Below are positions 11,801-24,890 of a stretch of DNA of 64,000 nucleotides, piece after piece. The notes under the pieces are model-generated. The model worked only from the letters and a program-made list of their open reading frames with translations, did not search any database and had not been told where the DNA came from. Source of the stretch: Camelus dromedarius (Eukaryota). Every line of letters begins with the position of its first letter. Position 1 is the stretch's first letter. A program made the position numbers and the translations under genes. The stretch spans positions 77,006,001 through 77,070,000 of the forward strand of contig NC_087436.1 of the NCBI RefSeq assembly GCF_036321535.1. Direction: 5' to 3'.

Positions 11801-14033
11801 TGTGTTGTCAGAAACCAACAGTTTACATAGGCAGAGCAGTGTTCCCATTAAACAAGTATTTACAGATCCCTTTTTCTGTGGCCTCTTAAATGTTAGCCTG
11901 CAAACACTTATGCTTAATGAGAATTTTATCTTGTATGCTACCATGTATTCTTTTTCACTAATACACAATAGATTTGCATTTACAAAACTAGGTGATTTTC
12001 CAGACAATGGTATAGAAAAACCTCTAGAATGTAGAACTATGAGTAAATTGGGGGAAACACACAATCGAGTCTCCTTTTCTATCAACTCCATATTGTCTCT
12101 TTTGCATCTGTCATTCTACACATAGACAATTTTTCATGTTCTCTCTGTCTCATTTTTTGATACACGTTTACACAGTAGTCACATTCACCCCCTCATCTCC
12201 CAAATATGCAAAATTATTAATGTTGTTTTCAGTATCATTCTGTAATTTTGATAGAACTATAACTTTGTATCTGATGTTCTATTTATGTTTTATTAATAAT
12301 ATTATTATAGCATATTATATTGAATAGTAAGTTTATCTTTACAAAGCATTCTATGTGCTTTGTTACTATTGATAAAATGATAATGCTTCTAAATCTTTGG
12401 GTGAGCATCACAGTCAAATAATTCACATAGCAAAATCTATTATAAATAGCACCTTGAAAATATTTTGAAGAAATGAATTTATAAAACATATTTTTAAGAG
12501 TTTCTTCCTAAAAGCAAAAGTAGGTTCTTTCTAATAGTTTTTACATATTTTTTGTTCATTTTAAAGAAACATCCACTAATAAAGTGGTAGCTGCAGTTTT
12601 CTTGAGATGCATTTTATTTACCCCAAGCTAAGCACGCTTATCACAAGAACAATAGTTCCTCCATGAACTTTCTGATCAAGTATTTTTAACAAATCTTAAA
12701 AATAAATTGAATAAATAAGTGGCAGGATTTGCTGCAATTATAGTTATTAGGTCACATTGTGCAACATAAGTGTGCTGTAAAGATATTCATCTATATAATT
12801 CTATGTATTATATATGTATATCCACAACACACTACTTTTTGGTAAATTGAATAATTTTTATGTACTCCAAATTCATCAGGGGAAGACTGCTATTTTAAGA
12901 AAATATGGTGAATTTCTCTATTTGACACAATCCTATTGAGATATCCTAATTAGAATATGTGCTCAAGATACAGATTGAAATATTGAGATGTTTTTTCCCT
13001 CTTCCCTCCCAACCTTGCTTGTTTCCTTCCTTTCTTCTTAGGTGCCTTTTTAAAAGCTTTAATGAACTATATTATTTTGGCCTTTTTTTTTTTTTTTTTT
13101 TAATTTGTTGTAGGCTGTTAACAAAAAGCACTATGCTTTTCTCCTGTTCATATAACATTATATATGAGTTCACAGTAAACAGTCAGGAATTCCAATTATG
13201 TACAGACTCTGAGTTTCATCTTCTCTATGAAGTGTTGTCTGTGACTCACTTGACCCAGTGGATGTGGGCTTTCAAATTATTACAGAAGACAGAAGGACAT
13301 CGAGTTGATAATACTATGAAATACCAAATATGAACAATAATGTAATAAAATACCTCATTAAATTTTTTTCCAGAAAAGTCATTCAAAATGCAAGATGTTT
13401 GAAACCATAATCCATTAAACACTTCATTGAGCCAATAATCCCGAATTATTTATGTTGCTTTCAGTATGTTATGTGTAATCTTTGAATGAGCTACTCACTA
13501 AATGATGGATCATGATATGTATATTGATTTGTACTTTTATAATTATGATAATTTGAGAAGAGGGATTTCTTTTATTAAATAAGTATCATTTCAAGGCTTT
13601 CCATGGTTTATACTAGTCCTGAGTACAATCTTTATATCCTTTAATATTAGAAGTACTCTATTTTCTCTGACAAAAACAATGCATGAGAATTATTTTGTAA
13701 AACATTTTAAAATGTCTTTTCCATTCCTTTAGAACTTGAAAAGATTCTATGGTCAAACACTGCTTACTAAAAGTGACATATTTGTAAAGAAAAAAAAAGC
13801 ATTACTAATGAAGCACAACTAAATTTTTGAACCTTGAAATTTATCATTTTAAAGAATACTTGAGTGCTAGACTTTTTTTTCTTTTACATAATGAATGTCA
13901 CAAAAAATAAGGATGTTAAATACTTTTAAAAATCACAGTAATAAAGAATGGAAAGAATCTATGCAGAAATTTAATTCTTCACAATGATATATAGAGGAGT
14001 CTGTGTTTTATTTTGGGATTTCTGTCATCCTAG

Positions 14034-14137
14034 GTATTTTGGAAATATTTGCTGTGTCTCAGGGGATTGTAGGAATACGAGGAGTTTTCAGCAACAAATT
14101 TTTAGCGATGTCAAAAAAAGGAAAACTCCATGCAAGT
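14034..14137 (+). CDS. FGF5: FGF5 coding exon 2 (104 nt; skipped in FGF5S); absent from the ORF track
   Basis: cctag|GT ATT TTG GAA ATA TTT GCT GTG ... CTC CAT GCA AGT|gtaagt, encoding (S)[34 protein letters not shown]. Phases 1 and 0 fit the flanking exons. Confidence 0.98.
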
Positions 14138-15269
14138 GTAAGTAGAACCACTTTATATTTGCTAAAGGTGTTGTAGAGATTTTACATTTGTAAACTGGAA
14201 TGAAATGATTTTCCAAATTGGTAGATAGGACAATTTGCCCAGATTACTTAATGTTTTTGTTTTTGTAAAATTATATGTACCTTTAACCAAGAGAATTGTA
14301 TGTGTTTTTGTAAGTAATCATTTAAGTATTTTATTTACTTGAAAGTATAATAGAGACTCCACAAAAAGTTTTAAGGATTAGTGTACTTGAAAATAGCATT
14401 CTCTAAGTGATTGTCATTGTTTATTTTTTTAAAATGGTCCAAGTGAGGAGAAATGTTATGAAAATAGTATATTATATTATATTTTCAGTTAACATGTTTA
14501 TGGTGAATTGTGTGTGTGTTCAGTAGATCATGTTTTTACTTAATTTTACAAACTAATCATGATGTCAAAGATGGAGTCTAATAAAACATATTCAAATTAA
14601 GAAATACGGAGGGAAGAAACCAATAATGAGATGAGCTTGACCTGTCATAGAGAAATTTTATTAGATTCATTTGAGGGATTTTTATCTTGTATTTTTGTTG
14701 CATCAAAAACTTCTTAAAATTATGAAGACTAATTTTACACTCTTAAAATTTTCTTCAGACCACTTATACATTTTGTAATCAATTTACAAATCATTGATTT
14801 CTATGTTTTGTTCTCAAAATGTGCATTACTTGGGAAGCATTAAAACATTTTAAAGATAATAAAATACATTTAGTTGACTTTTCCCACTCACAGATTCTGT
14901 TTATTATAGTATTAGTACTTAAGCACAGTCCTTAAAAGTGATTTATGCTTTTGCTGTAGTGTACTAGGTTTTGTCACACTAAATCTTTTTAAACAGCAAT
15001 TCTTCTTTAAAACTAATCCTTTGATCCTTATTCCCTTTAATTCTCATTAAATAAATTGGAGAAATATCATTTTTCCAGGTTTTGAAATACATAAGATGTT
15101 TTAATCAAGTGCAATCAATTGAAACTTACTAATTATGACTTTTACTCTACAGACCTTTAAAAAAAATTCAGTGAGAATTTCACTTGGTTCAATGTTTAAG
15201 ACTTTCAGTTTTCCTTTCCTTAGCATTTAAAGGTGGTTTGTTATCATAGATATCATAGAATTCAAGCTA

Positions 15270-15360
15270 TTTCTACAGTTATTTGAGGATTAAATGAGAT
15301 AATATACATTAAACTTTAAGAACAGTTTTAGGTACATAGTAAGTGCTTAATAAATATTAT
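15270..15360 (+). mobile_element. MIR SINE 3' fragment
   Basis: gaggattaaatgagataatatacat...tacatagtaagtgcttaataaat matches the MIR tail. Confidence 0.7.
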
Positions 15361-18300
15361 ATATTATTATATAATAATTTAAATATAATCTAAATGTAAT
15401 AAATTACTAAAATTTCAGTATATTAAGATAAATGGAAAGTCATCAACTTCTTTGATCATCCATTGCAAGAATTGTTACCAGATTTACCTATTTCATTTTC
15501 TGAGCTGGTTATTTATATTCTAACAAGCTATAATATAGTATTCACAAAGTAATTACTCTTTGATTTATTTATTATTAATTTTATAAAAGAGGCAAAGTTC
15601 TGCATTGCTATGGGAAAGTAGAACATGCCATTTTATTTTTTAAAATACTTGATTTTTAAAAAATCCACATACAGAATAAAAATCAATGGTCAAATACATC
15701 TGCACTGAATAACTTTTCCTCAATCTACTTTAAGGCTGTAAAAGATTGAAACATGTTCAACATCTAGCATCATAATAATATGCAATGCCTGAAAAGAAAT
15801 TTTCTCTTATTTGTTTGTTTTTGGTGAAAATCTAAATTTTTAAAATACTCTGATTCATGTCCTAGTACATGCAAAAAATAGACTAACTTGGGCCAGCTTA
15901 AGGATAATTGCAACAGAAAGCGAAGTATTACAAATGGATGCCAATTAGAAAGGTCAAACCGAGAGGTTAGGATACATGATTCCTCTGTCAAATGCAAGTA
16001 ACAAATTTCCAGAAACTTGACCCAAATGTCTAAGGATGGCTGGCCGAAATAATGCAGATAATGCAAAAACAGCATCTGTTATTCTTTCTCATCTTGGCAG
16101 GCTAAAGTTATTTCATGGAATAATGACTTTTAAACAGTACAAAGCAAGTCTTGCTCTTGTCACTCACTGAAGCCCTTTGATATAAAAGTCATTCTGATGA
16201 CTTTGAGCTGAATTGTAGATAAAAAATTAAGCCCTATGATTATGTGGATTCTTTTTAAACCAATTGTCCAAGCCCACTTTCTCTTATCTGAGCTTTTATT
16301 AGCACTTCTTCTCTAAATGGAAACCTAATTAAATTATAAAGTGGATTTTCTTTAAAGGAAGTTGAATTTAGAAGTAGTTTTAATCCTAACAATGATCAGT
16401 TTTATGCCGAATGTTTTTTTCCTGTTTTAAGTTTCTAGTTAAACATGCTAAAAAGTTGGTCTTATAACTTTAAATATAATTATTTAATTTTGGCTTTTAC
16501 AAAGTTTCATCACCACTAAAAAAGGCTAAACCCCCTTATACTTTAAGGATTAAATATGTTATTAGTGAGTTGCTTTAAATTAATAATTGTGCTGAGACAT
16601 TTAAAGAGTATCTTTATAATCGTTTCAAAAATATATACATAAAATCACCGCATTATGCATCTTAAACTTACAAAATGTTGTATGTCAATTATGTCTCAAT
16701 GAAACTGGAAAAATTTTTAATTAATAGACAATAACTTTAGGGTTCTATTTACAGTGTAAATGTGAACTATAAATGTAAAGTATTCATATAATTCTGGGGA
16801 AAGTAAATCTATAGTGTATCAAGAAATATTCATAGATAATTGTAGATTTTCAACTTGGGTTTTATAGTAACAATCAGACTATTAAAAGTTAGTTACTAGG
16901 CAGAGATAAAGTATTTGCATATTTCTTTGAAAGGTCTTTCACTCACATTATCTCATTACATAGTTAGGCGAGGAAACAGTCTCAGAGATGTTAAATATCT
17001 TTCTAAGTGAACACAGTTAACAAGTGATTGAAGCAGAATTACATACTTTCAAACTTCTCTCTTCCTTTAAATGCTATTATGCTTGATAGAGGAAAGCTTG
17101 AAAGAAGATATTTTGTTTTGTTTGGAACAAATACACTGTTTTCAGCTATTATTTTATAGGAATTAATAGTTGCATATTTTAATAATATTTTTATATTACA
17201 TTTTAAAGAATGAATATTCTGAATATTCTGGCTCATCCTTAGAATATTTTTCCATGTTTCTGTTTCTTTCTCTCATTCCAACCTCTTCTTGGGGATCTTT
17301 TTTTCCATCTACTTCTGTATCTCCAGTACTTGATTTTAAAGTCTAGAAAGGAGGAGATGGGTCTGCCACAGAACTTATCACCAAGTATTATAAATGTTGG
17401 TTTTCAATGTGATGATGAGTTGCTTGGGGAAACCCTCTTAGAATGAACTTTCAGAACAGAGATCTGTTTTGTTCACAGAAAATCTTCATGTAGAAAATGC
17501 TTCATCGTTGGTGGACACAAAGGTGGTAAACAGAAGTATCAGCCTAGAACAGTTAGACTCAGGCAACATTTAAGCTGATTTCCTTTGTGTGCTAAGTTTG
17601 TTAATTCGGTGAGAGAAGTTTTACTCGAAGGTCAACCATCTCAGTGTGCGCTGCTCCCTGCCTGCATTCAGTCTACAAACTCATATTAATCTACATGCAA
17701 CTCTCCTTAAAACCCTTACTGGTATACCCTAAACAGGCAATGAAGCCAAATGCTTAGCATGCAGGTTTTTTCAGCATTCTCTACAAGGATGGAGGTGTCT
17801 GGTCTCCTTCTCAAGATGCCTTGGGAATCTTTGAGTGTAGGAGCAGATAATTGCTTCCCTGAGAGCCATGAGGTTTAGTCAGAGCCTTCTCTGGGACCTC
17901 TGTCCTCTTTCTTAACTCATTTCTGGGCTGACGTTCTTTGTGGGACTGAGCATCCTTCTCTTTCTGCCTCTATCTCTCTGGCTGCTTGTCTGTTTATGCT
18001 CCCTCCTCACTCTGTTCTTGCTCTCTCCTCAGGTTTGTTGTCTTTATCCAAAGTCCCATAGGGAGCCTTTCTGGATTTATCTGAGGTGGGTCCAGATGTA
18101 AGAGTCAAAGTTCATGAGTGTGGTGGTGAAGGACACAACTAGATTGTGTCCTTCTACATCATCTTTCTATCCCTTGGTTTTATCAGCTATAAAAGGAAGA
18201 AAACTAAAGTAACAATGCCTGGCTATAGATGAGCATTTTAAATGAGATAGTACATATAAAACACTTAGAATAGTGCCTGGAAAGTATCCAGCATTTAATG

Positions 18301-18614
18301 TTAGAACAGAGTTTCCTGAATTTGCTCTCAGGCAGCTGTTTGAAGATCTTCAGTCTCTCTTAGAATACTTTCTGATTTTGGGGTCAGGCAGCTGTGACCC
18401 CCTCAGATATTTAGACCAGCCTCAAACCCCATTTATTGTTGGCTTTTTTTTTTTCTTTAGATTCAAACTTGTCTTGCATACAGTAGTCCCTTATCTCCTG
18501 TATTTTTGTTTTTCCAAGGAACCTAATCTGAAAGCAAAATTCCCAGGCTAAAGATCTTAAAGAGGCAAGGATTTCCAATGGTCCTAATCTTATCTCTAAG
18601 ATCCCTATTGTGCC

Positions 18615-18676
18615 TTTTTTTTTTCTCTCTCTCTCTCTCTCTAAAAAGAAAAAAAAAAAAATATATATATATATAT
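18615..18676. repeat. Compound microsatellite (T)n(CT)n(A)n(TA)n
   Basis: Read directly. Confidence 0.9.
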
Positions 18677-19769
18677 CTTGGGAAAGTTGATTATCATGTA
18701 TTCTTTGGTCTTTTCATAAAGTATGCTTGATAGCTCATTGCCTGTTGGGGAAAAACATTTTAACTTATTTTAAAGATGCAGAGAGAAGCATGTGGTGGAA
18801 TTATTTCTGTTTCTCAGGGTTTTAGGGGATCATGTTTGGAAGGAAAGCTAATTGCAGAGTTTACGAAACAGGCATGGAATGTGTGCTTGATCAGCCCTGA
18901 GCAAGGACTAGAACGTCCTCCTTTCCTGGTTTCAGAGGGTGCCAGCTGGCTTGCCGGGGATGAGAGTCTGGACAGGACTTCCTGCACTGGGGGCAGAGTG
19001 AGGAGTGAGCAGCCCCTAAAGCTGGACATGTTTATTGAAAGGGGGAATGGGGGCTTGAGTAATAGTTATCATCATCATCAAAAAATAATTTATTAAGCAC
19101 TCCATTCTTACAGTCAAGACCATGAGCTGTGTCAAGGCGTTGAATAGAAACTCCCCTTGCCCTCCCAGAGCTTTCAGTTTACACAGTAAAATGGAATACC
19201 TAAGAATTCAGGCTTAAAAATGGGTTCAGAGCTCTGTCTTTGCAGTAAATGTCAGTTTTCCCTTAATGTCGTACTATGTAAATCTGGCTAGAGGGCCTAT
19301 TTTATTGAAGAAATCTGGGTATAATGGATCAACTTATAGCTTCAAAGATCCATTTCAGCCTAAAGTGAGAGATGGTGTTTTTGTGTCTCGGATGGTGTGG
19401 GGATTGGTGCTTGTTTTTCATCGGCATTTCATCATGGAGCAAATTCAGGGCAGGTAGGACTATACAAGCCTAGGAGATGCCCTTGGGTTTGTGCAGAACT
19501 ACAGAAAGAGCTTGACGCTAGGAATTAGTAGATGAGATTTCACTCACAGGTTTATCCTGGCACTTGATAAACATGAGCCTTTAGATGAATCCTTTTCTTT
19601 ACTTTTCTGGCTGGAAAATCAGATAATAGCATCCTAAGAGTCATGGAATTATGGTGAGAATGAAATAATAATGGCAGCCGGCACATTTTTTGAGCCCTCG
19701 ACAGCCCAGCTTTTTTGAGCTATTTAGAGCAGCAGAAAGGAAAGTCCTACCCTACCCCCTGCCTTTCCA

Positions 19770-19935
19770 AGTGTGGTTCTCACCTCACCTCCCTGAATGT
19801 CACACAGGATGCTGTTTGTGATGCAATTCCAGGGTCTCACCTCAGACTTACTAAAACAACCTCTGGACCCAGGGCCTGGGAATGTGCATTTTCACGAGTT
19901 CCTGAGCAGTTTTAAGTCAACTCATCAAGTTTGGA
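19770..19935 (+). mobile_element. MER5A-like hAT-Charlie DNA transposon remnant
   Basis: agtgtggttctc...cctcagacttactaaa...gggcctgggaatgtgcattttcacgagttcc...aagtttggagg resembles MER5A. Confidence 0.6.
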
Positions 19936-21239
19936 GGAGGAGAAATCCTGTAGTTGGCATTCTTCACTATATTACCTCAGGTTGAGGGATTATTAAATCC
20001 AACTTGTATATTCCTTTGGCTGTTCAGCATGAAGGACTGAGATACAGGAAGCACAGATGTCCAGTGCCAAGCAGGAAACATGGCCATGCTCTGGAGGTAG
20101 CGTTGTATGGCCACAACTGACCCATGAGACGCTTATGAAGAGTCAAGGGCACCCCTCTGGGCAGATGCTGCCTTGCTCTGGGCTTCTCTGCTAGGGGGCA
20201 ACTGGAGCAGGGTCTGGCTTTCAGACTTAACGCACCACCAAAGTGGATGCCTTTGTGCTGGGACATCCTGCACAACCATCCAAAACAGCCTGGGCCTGGG
20301 GCATCTGCCCCAGGCAGTCCCATGGGAAGGAGTAGGGGTGGGAACCAAAAAGCACTAAAAGGAGGCAGGGGAACCGGAAGTAGGAATGTATGCAGCAGGA
20401 AAACTTTGCTTACAGCACAGTTTGGTCTATAATTGTTTTTGTTACAGTCTATAACAATATTTTAATTATTTAACAATAGTCTATATTCTATGATATTTTA
20501 ATTATTTGTATTTAGTCCATTACTCCTTTATAAAATTTTTCAGATGAAAGAGGCAAATCAAAGTGAAATAAAGCATTAAAATTGATTAAATTCCCCACAA
20601 ACTCGAGAGCTGTGACTGCTGTTCATCCAGAGTCAATGCTCTCTATATGCCTCTTTGACATACTGCAGATTTATGTCTGTATTCGCACATAATGAGCATT
20701 GGGATGTGTTAGCGTAGCCTCAACTCATTTGCTACAGGATTCTCAATCATCATAGGGCAAGTTCACTAAGGGACAAAACTGTGTTAGGAGGTTTTTGAAA
20801 GTTTTTAAAAATATTATTTCAGGAAGAATTTTCTGTTTGGATTAATTGACCGTTGGATTTCAGTTAAGCAAAATTAGTCTACTCTGGAATATCTAAGTTT
20901 TACTTTCTTTAAACTAAATTTCACCTTTCTTCTAAAAATCCACTGTGTGCCCTCACTATGTCAGATGAGTAGAATCAAAGCAAAGTGTCCCCCTGAGCCA
21001 CCTCTGAATAATTTGGACATTCAAAGGAAAGTAGTTTATTTAATTTTTATTCATTTTGTCAATCAAGACTATTGTAAGTTACATAGAAATTAGCTGATTT
21101 AAACATTTCATTTTAATTTTGCAGTTATGGCTTGTTGATTGTGACTTGTGTTTACACTTGTAAGATCAAGGAAAATTAAAGAGAAAAATAATTTAAGTCA
21201 ACAAAGAACATGGGCAGAACCTTGCCTATATTGTTTTTC

Positions 21240-21375
21240 TTTTTTCTTTTTTTTAAACTTTTTTTATTGAGTTATAGTCATTTTACAATGTTGTGTCAAA
21301 TTCCAGTGCAAAGCACAATTTTTCAGTTATACATGAACATATGTATATTCATTGTCACATTTTTTTTCTCTGTAA
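21240..21375 (-). mobile_element. 5'-truncated L1 3'-end insertion with perfect 16-bp TSD
   Basis: T-rich tail followed by tttattgagttatagtcattttacaatgttgtg. GCCTATATTGTTTTTC flanks it at 21224-21239 and 21376-21391. Confidence 0.85.
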
Positions 21376-22321
21376 GCCTATATTGTTTTTCATTGTAAAA
21401 GTGGCAACTAACACAGTGATACACAGTCAATAAACATCTGCTGAATAAATTTATGAAAAAAATGAATTTGAAACAAAGATGGGGTTCTTTACAAACATTT
21501 TAATGATTGATTTTGTTGTCATGGCTGATGGTGGGAGGGTGGAGGTGATTTGAGTCCTGATTTCAGCTTATTTGAAATGTGATTTACCACTCTACTTCGC
21601 ACCTAAGCTGTTCAAAAAGTCTTCATGTCGACTTGACTTTTTCTAAGGAAATAATCCAGTTCTATTATTTTAAAACAATATATTTTGCTAAAGGACTTTT
21701 TATAATTCAAAGATGATTTCAAAAATTACAAGTAGCCTGAAACATTTATAATTCAAAATTGTGTAATGGTAAAGTATATATATTTAAATGCCTATGCTGC
21801 TGGTGACTCTGCTATAAAGATGCTTCATTTGTAACACAAGGGACAGAGATGTACCACTTAGGGTCACCATCTTGTCTGGACAGGGCCAGGAATACTGACA
21901 GGAACAGTCGATCCGTCCAGAAGAAACTAGATCTCTTGATGAAATAACTCACTGAAATGTTTGTTTCAAATGGTTCTGTTCCATTGTAGCTGGAAGAATT
22001 TTTCAGACAAAACATTAAATTAGAAGTCAATTAAGAAAGCCAAAACAGTCTGACTGCCTTACTCCTGTTTTAATGTGGGATTTGGAATGGCTAAGGGCCT
22101 GCCAGTCATGTGTGGGTCCTCAGCGTTCTGATCATCTCTACCCTAGGTGACAGCCTGAACAGCCATCCCTTTAAAGGCTTCTCTTAAGAAAGAACTTTAG
22201 AACAAGAATCTTGAGGGGGGAAAAGAGAAAGTTTTTAGATAGAAAAATTTTAAGGAGTGGCATCAGTGGGTTTTCACCCTTATGAAAGACTGTAAGATGG
22301 AATTGCTATAGGTTAATACAC

Positions 22322-22354
22322 TGTGTGTGTGTATGTGTGTGTGTGTGTGTGTGT
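22322..22354. repeat. (TG)n microsatellite
   Basis: Read directly. Confidence 0.95.
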
Positions 22355-23502
22355 CTGTTGGCCACATCAATTAAAAAAAGACATATTCCTTTTTTACTTT
22401 CTTTGACATTGTCAGGGAAAAAAGAAGGTTAAATAATGCAATACACTTGAAAAAAATCTGTCAAAATTGCAAAAAGCAATCACTGCTATCTCTATTTCAG
22501 GAAATAATTTTTTGTGTGTGAAACAGGGGTGGAAGTCAGGTCAAAGTATGATGTATTGTACATTTTAAAAATGTTTTCGAATGCATTTTAAGAAAATAAT
22601 TTGAGGCAGGATAAGTACACCTGCCACTCTTTTTTTATGAAATCCCCTACACCTTTTGAAACGCTTGTCATTTTATGTAGCAGAAAATATTCCAGATGGC
22701 TATAGCTTTTATTTTAAAATAAAACTTTGGGATCATCTAATTGAATGTGAGAGCATTTAAGTCCCTTTAAGTGCTAAGCAGACAAATTTACATTAGACTT
22801 ATAAGAAAGCCTTTTTTAATTAAAAAAATAAAACAGGAACAATAAATGTGTGCTCTTCTGAAGTGAAGTCAGCATAGTATCCTTATCCTAGATGTGGGCT
22901 GGTAGCTTCTGACCGACAAGAAAGCCACAGGCAGTGGATCTTTAAAACACTCTGTCCAGGGAGTCTCCAGTAGACTTGTGGAGTTCTTACATACATAGTT
23001 CCATAGCCCTCATATTTAAAAAAAAAAAACTTTATTGATTGAACTACACTTGAATGTAAATAACTTGAGGAAACTACCATACGTAAGATAAATACGCTGT
23101 TGGAAATGCTCTGAAACTGGTTATCTTCTGATACTGCCAGGACTTTGCACAAATCAAAAACTCCGTGTGGCCATCAACGGTAGTTCTATGTAGATTGCCT
23201 TGCAGTGTTCAGACCTTCAGATTACAGTGCTGTGATCTGTTTTGCAGAAGAAAATTTGGCATTATTAGAAAAGCGAAGGAATGAAAGGACTTCTAATTCC
23301 AGCAGAGAATCTCTGGGTTTGATATAGAAAGATTATCTATCTATCTATGTGTTTAGTATTCTTATACATACATAGGTGTCAAAATATTTGATACTCCCAA
23401 GCCCAGGAAGTTTATACTAATGGTGCTCCCTGAAACTGTGAAACCTGGTCATCTAGCCCGGGTTAGGAATTCTAATTATTTGGGGGTTATGGACACTTTC
23501 GT

Positions 23503-23578
23503 ATTTTTTAATGGAGACACTGGGGATCGAACCCAGGAGCTCAAGTATGCGCTCTACCACTGAGCTATACCCACTCCC
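23503..23578 (-). mobile_element. Short tRNA-derived SINE (same family as 1-135)
   Basis: ctggggatcgaacccagg...ctctaccactgagctatacc is the reverse complement of the A box and B box. Confidence 0.8.
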
Positions 23579-23859
23579 TATGGCCCCTGTGACCCTTTTG
23601 TATTTGATGAAAACTCCAGATCCTTTCCTAAGAAAAATATTTTGATTCTCACAAAAGCCCTATGGGTGTAAGGATTGTGGACAAGGAGCCTAAACCTAAG
23701 AACTGAATTGAGAGAACTGGCATTTGATCGCGTGTCTATCTGACACCGACTCACACTCTCTGCCCAGACCATGCTTGTTCAGTTTCTTCCATACGACAAA
23801 ATAAGCCTTTACAGAGCTTGTACTGGACAACTTTGTCATCCTCATCTCTTGTTCTTTCT

Positions 23860-24170
23860 CCACGCATCCTGATTGGAAGTCCCACTGAAGTACGTATACT
23901 GCCCTGGGAACACACTGTTCCTGCTCCCTGAAAATCCTTTCTCACGTCACCTGCCTCACTAATATCCCGGTGTACTTGAAGACTCAGCTCAAACATCACC
24001 TTTTCTAGGAAGACTCTCCTGCCCTCTTCCCACCACCTCCATCCTCTTAGATGCCCTTCCTCTATGCTCTCCTTGCACCCTCTGCACACCGCTGTCATAA
24101 TGCCGCTTATCAAGCTGCACCGTGACGGATGTGTACTTCTCTGCTTTTTCCATTCTTCTGTGAGTATTTC
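23860..24170 (+). mobile_element. L2 LINE 3' fragment
   Basis: gaagactcagctcaaacatcaccttttctaggaagactctcctg resembles the L2 3' region. Confidence 0.55.
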
Positions 24171-24181
24171 CAAGACAGATG

Positions 24182-24183
<2 letters not shown>

Positions 24184-24219
<36 letters not shown>

Positions 24220-24240
24220 AGAGAGAGAATGAGAGAGAGA
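24184..24240. repeat. (TG)n(AG)n compound microsatellite
   Basis: Read directly. Confidence 0.95.
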
Positions 24241-24890
24241 TCTGGCTGAAGTGTTACAAGTGACTCCAAAAGGTAACTGTTCTCTTCCTGGCATCACACA
24301 CACTCTCCTGCGTCACTGTGTGAAAATACATGTTTTCCTGAAGATCTCTAACATACGCAACTTTAAATAGGGCCATATGCTACCCCTCTCTCAGCACCAT
24401 GAATCACACTGGTAACACTGAAAAATGTATTCTTGTTTCAAAGCATAATGTGACTCCATTTCTCTGAATGAATGCGTATTTCACCCAGCAATTGTTGCTT
24501 AGTAACACAGCAGTATTTATTTTCTTGATGGCTTAAGAGGGGCCAGATTTTACATTAAACATTAAATTTTTAACTAAAACTTCCAAAGTAATTTAAAGAG
24601 AAACAGAATTTAAGTATATGAAGAGTTCTTATCATTTTTATATTCACTGATAACTATGTCATGATTGTACATAGTAAGCAGAAATCAGCATTACAAAGGT
24701 GAATAAAGTAGGAATATGGGAACCATAGTCATTTTAAAGCATCAAAAATGTGTCTTTATAAAAGAGAATGCCATAGGAGGGCAAGGGTCCATGGAATTCC
24801 TGGTTTTTCTTTGCAGTACAAGACCTCATTTTATCACATGCTGAAAATACTCTCACTACTTGAATTTCTTCTTCTCCCTTTTTTCCCTAG

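Noticed and set aside
23503..23578. Possible tRNA gene
   Set aside because: It has A and B boxes but an incomplete anticodon arm and an A-rich tail, and belongs to the SINE family.
23751..24303. 172-aa and 104-aa minus-strand ORFs
   Set aside because: They run through an L2 remnant and a (TG)n microsatellite (THTHTH) and are not coding.
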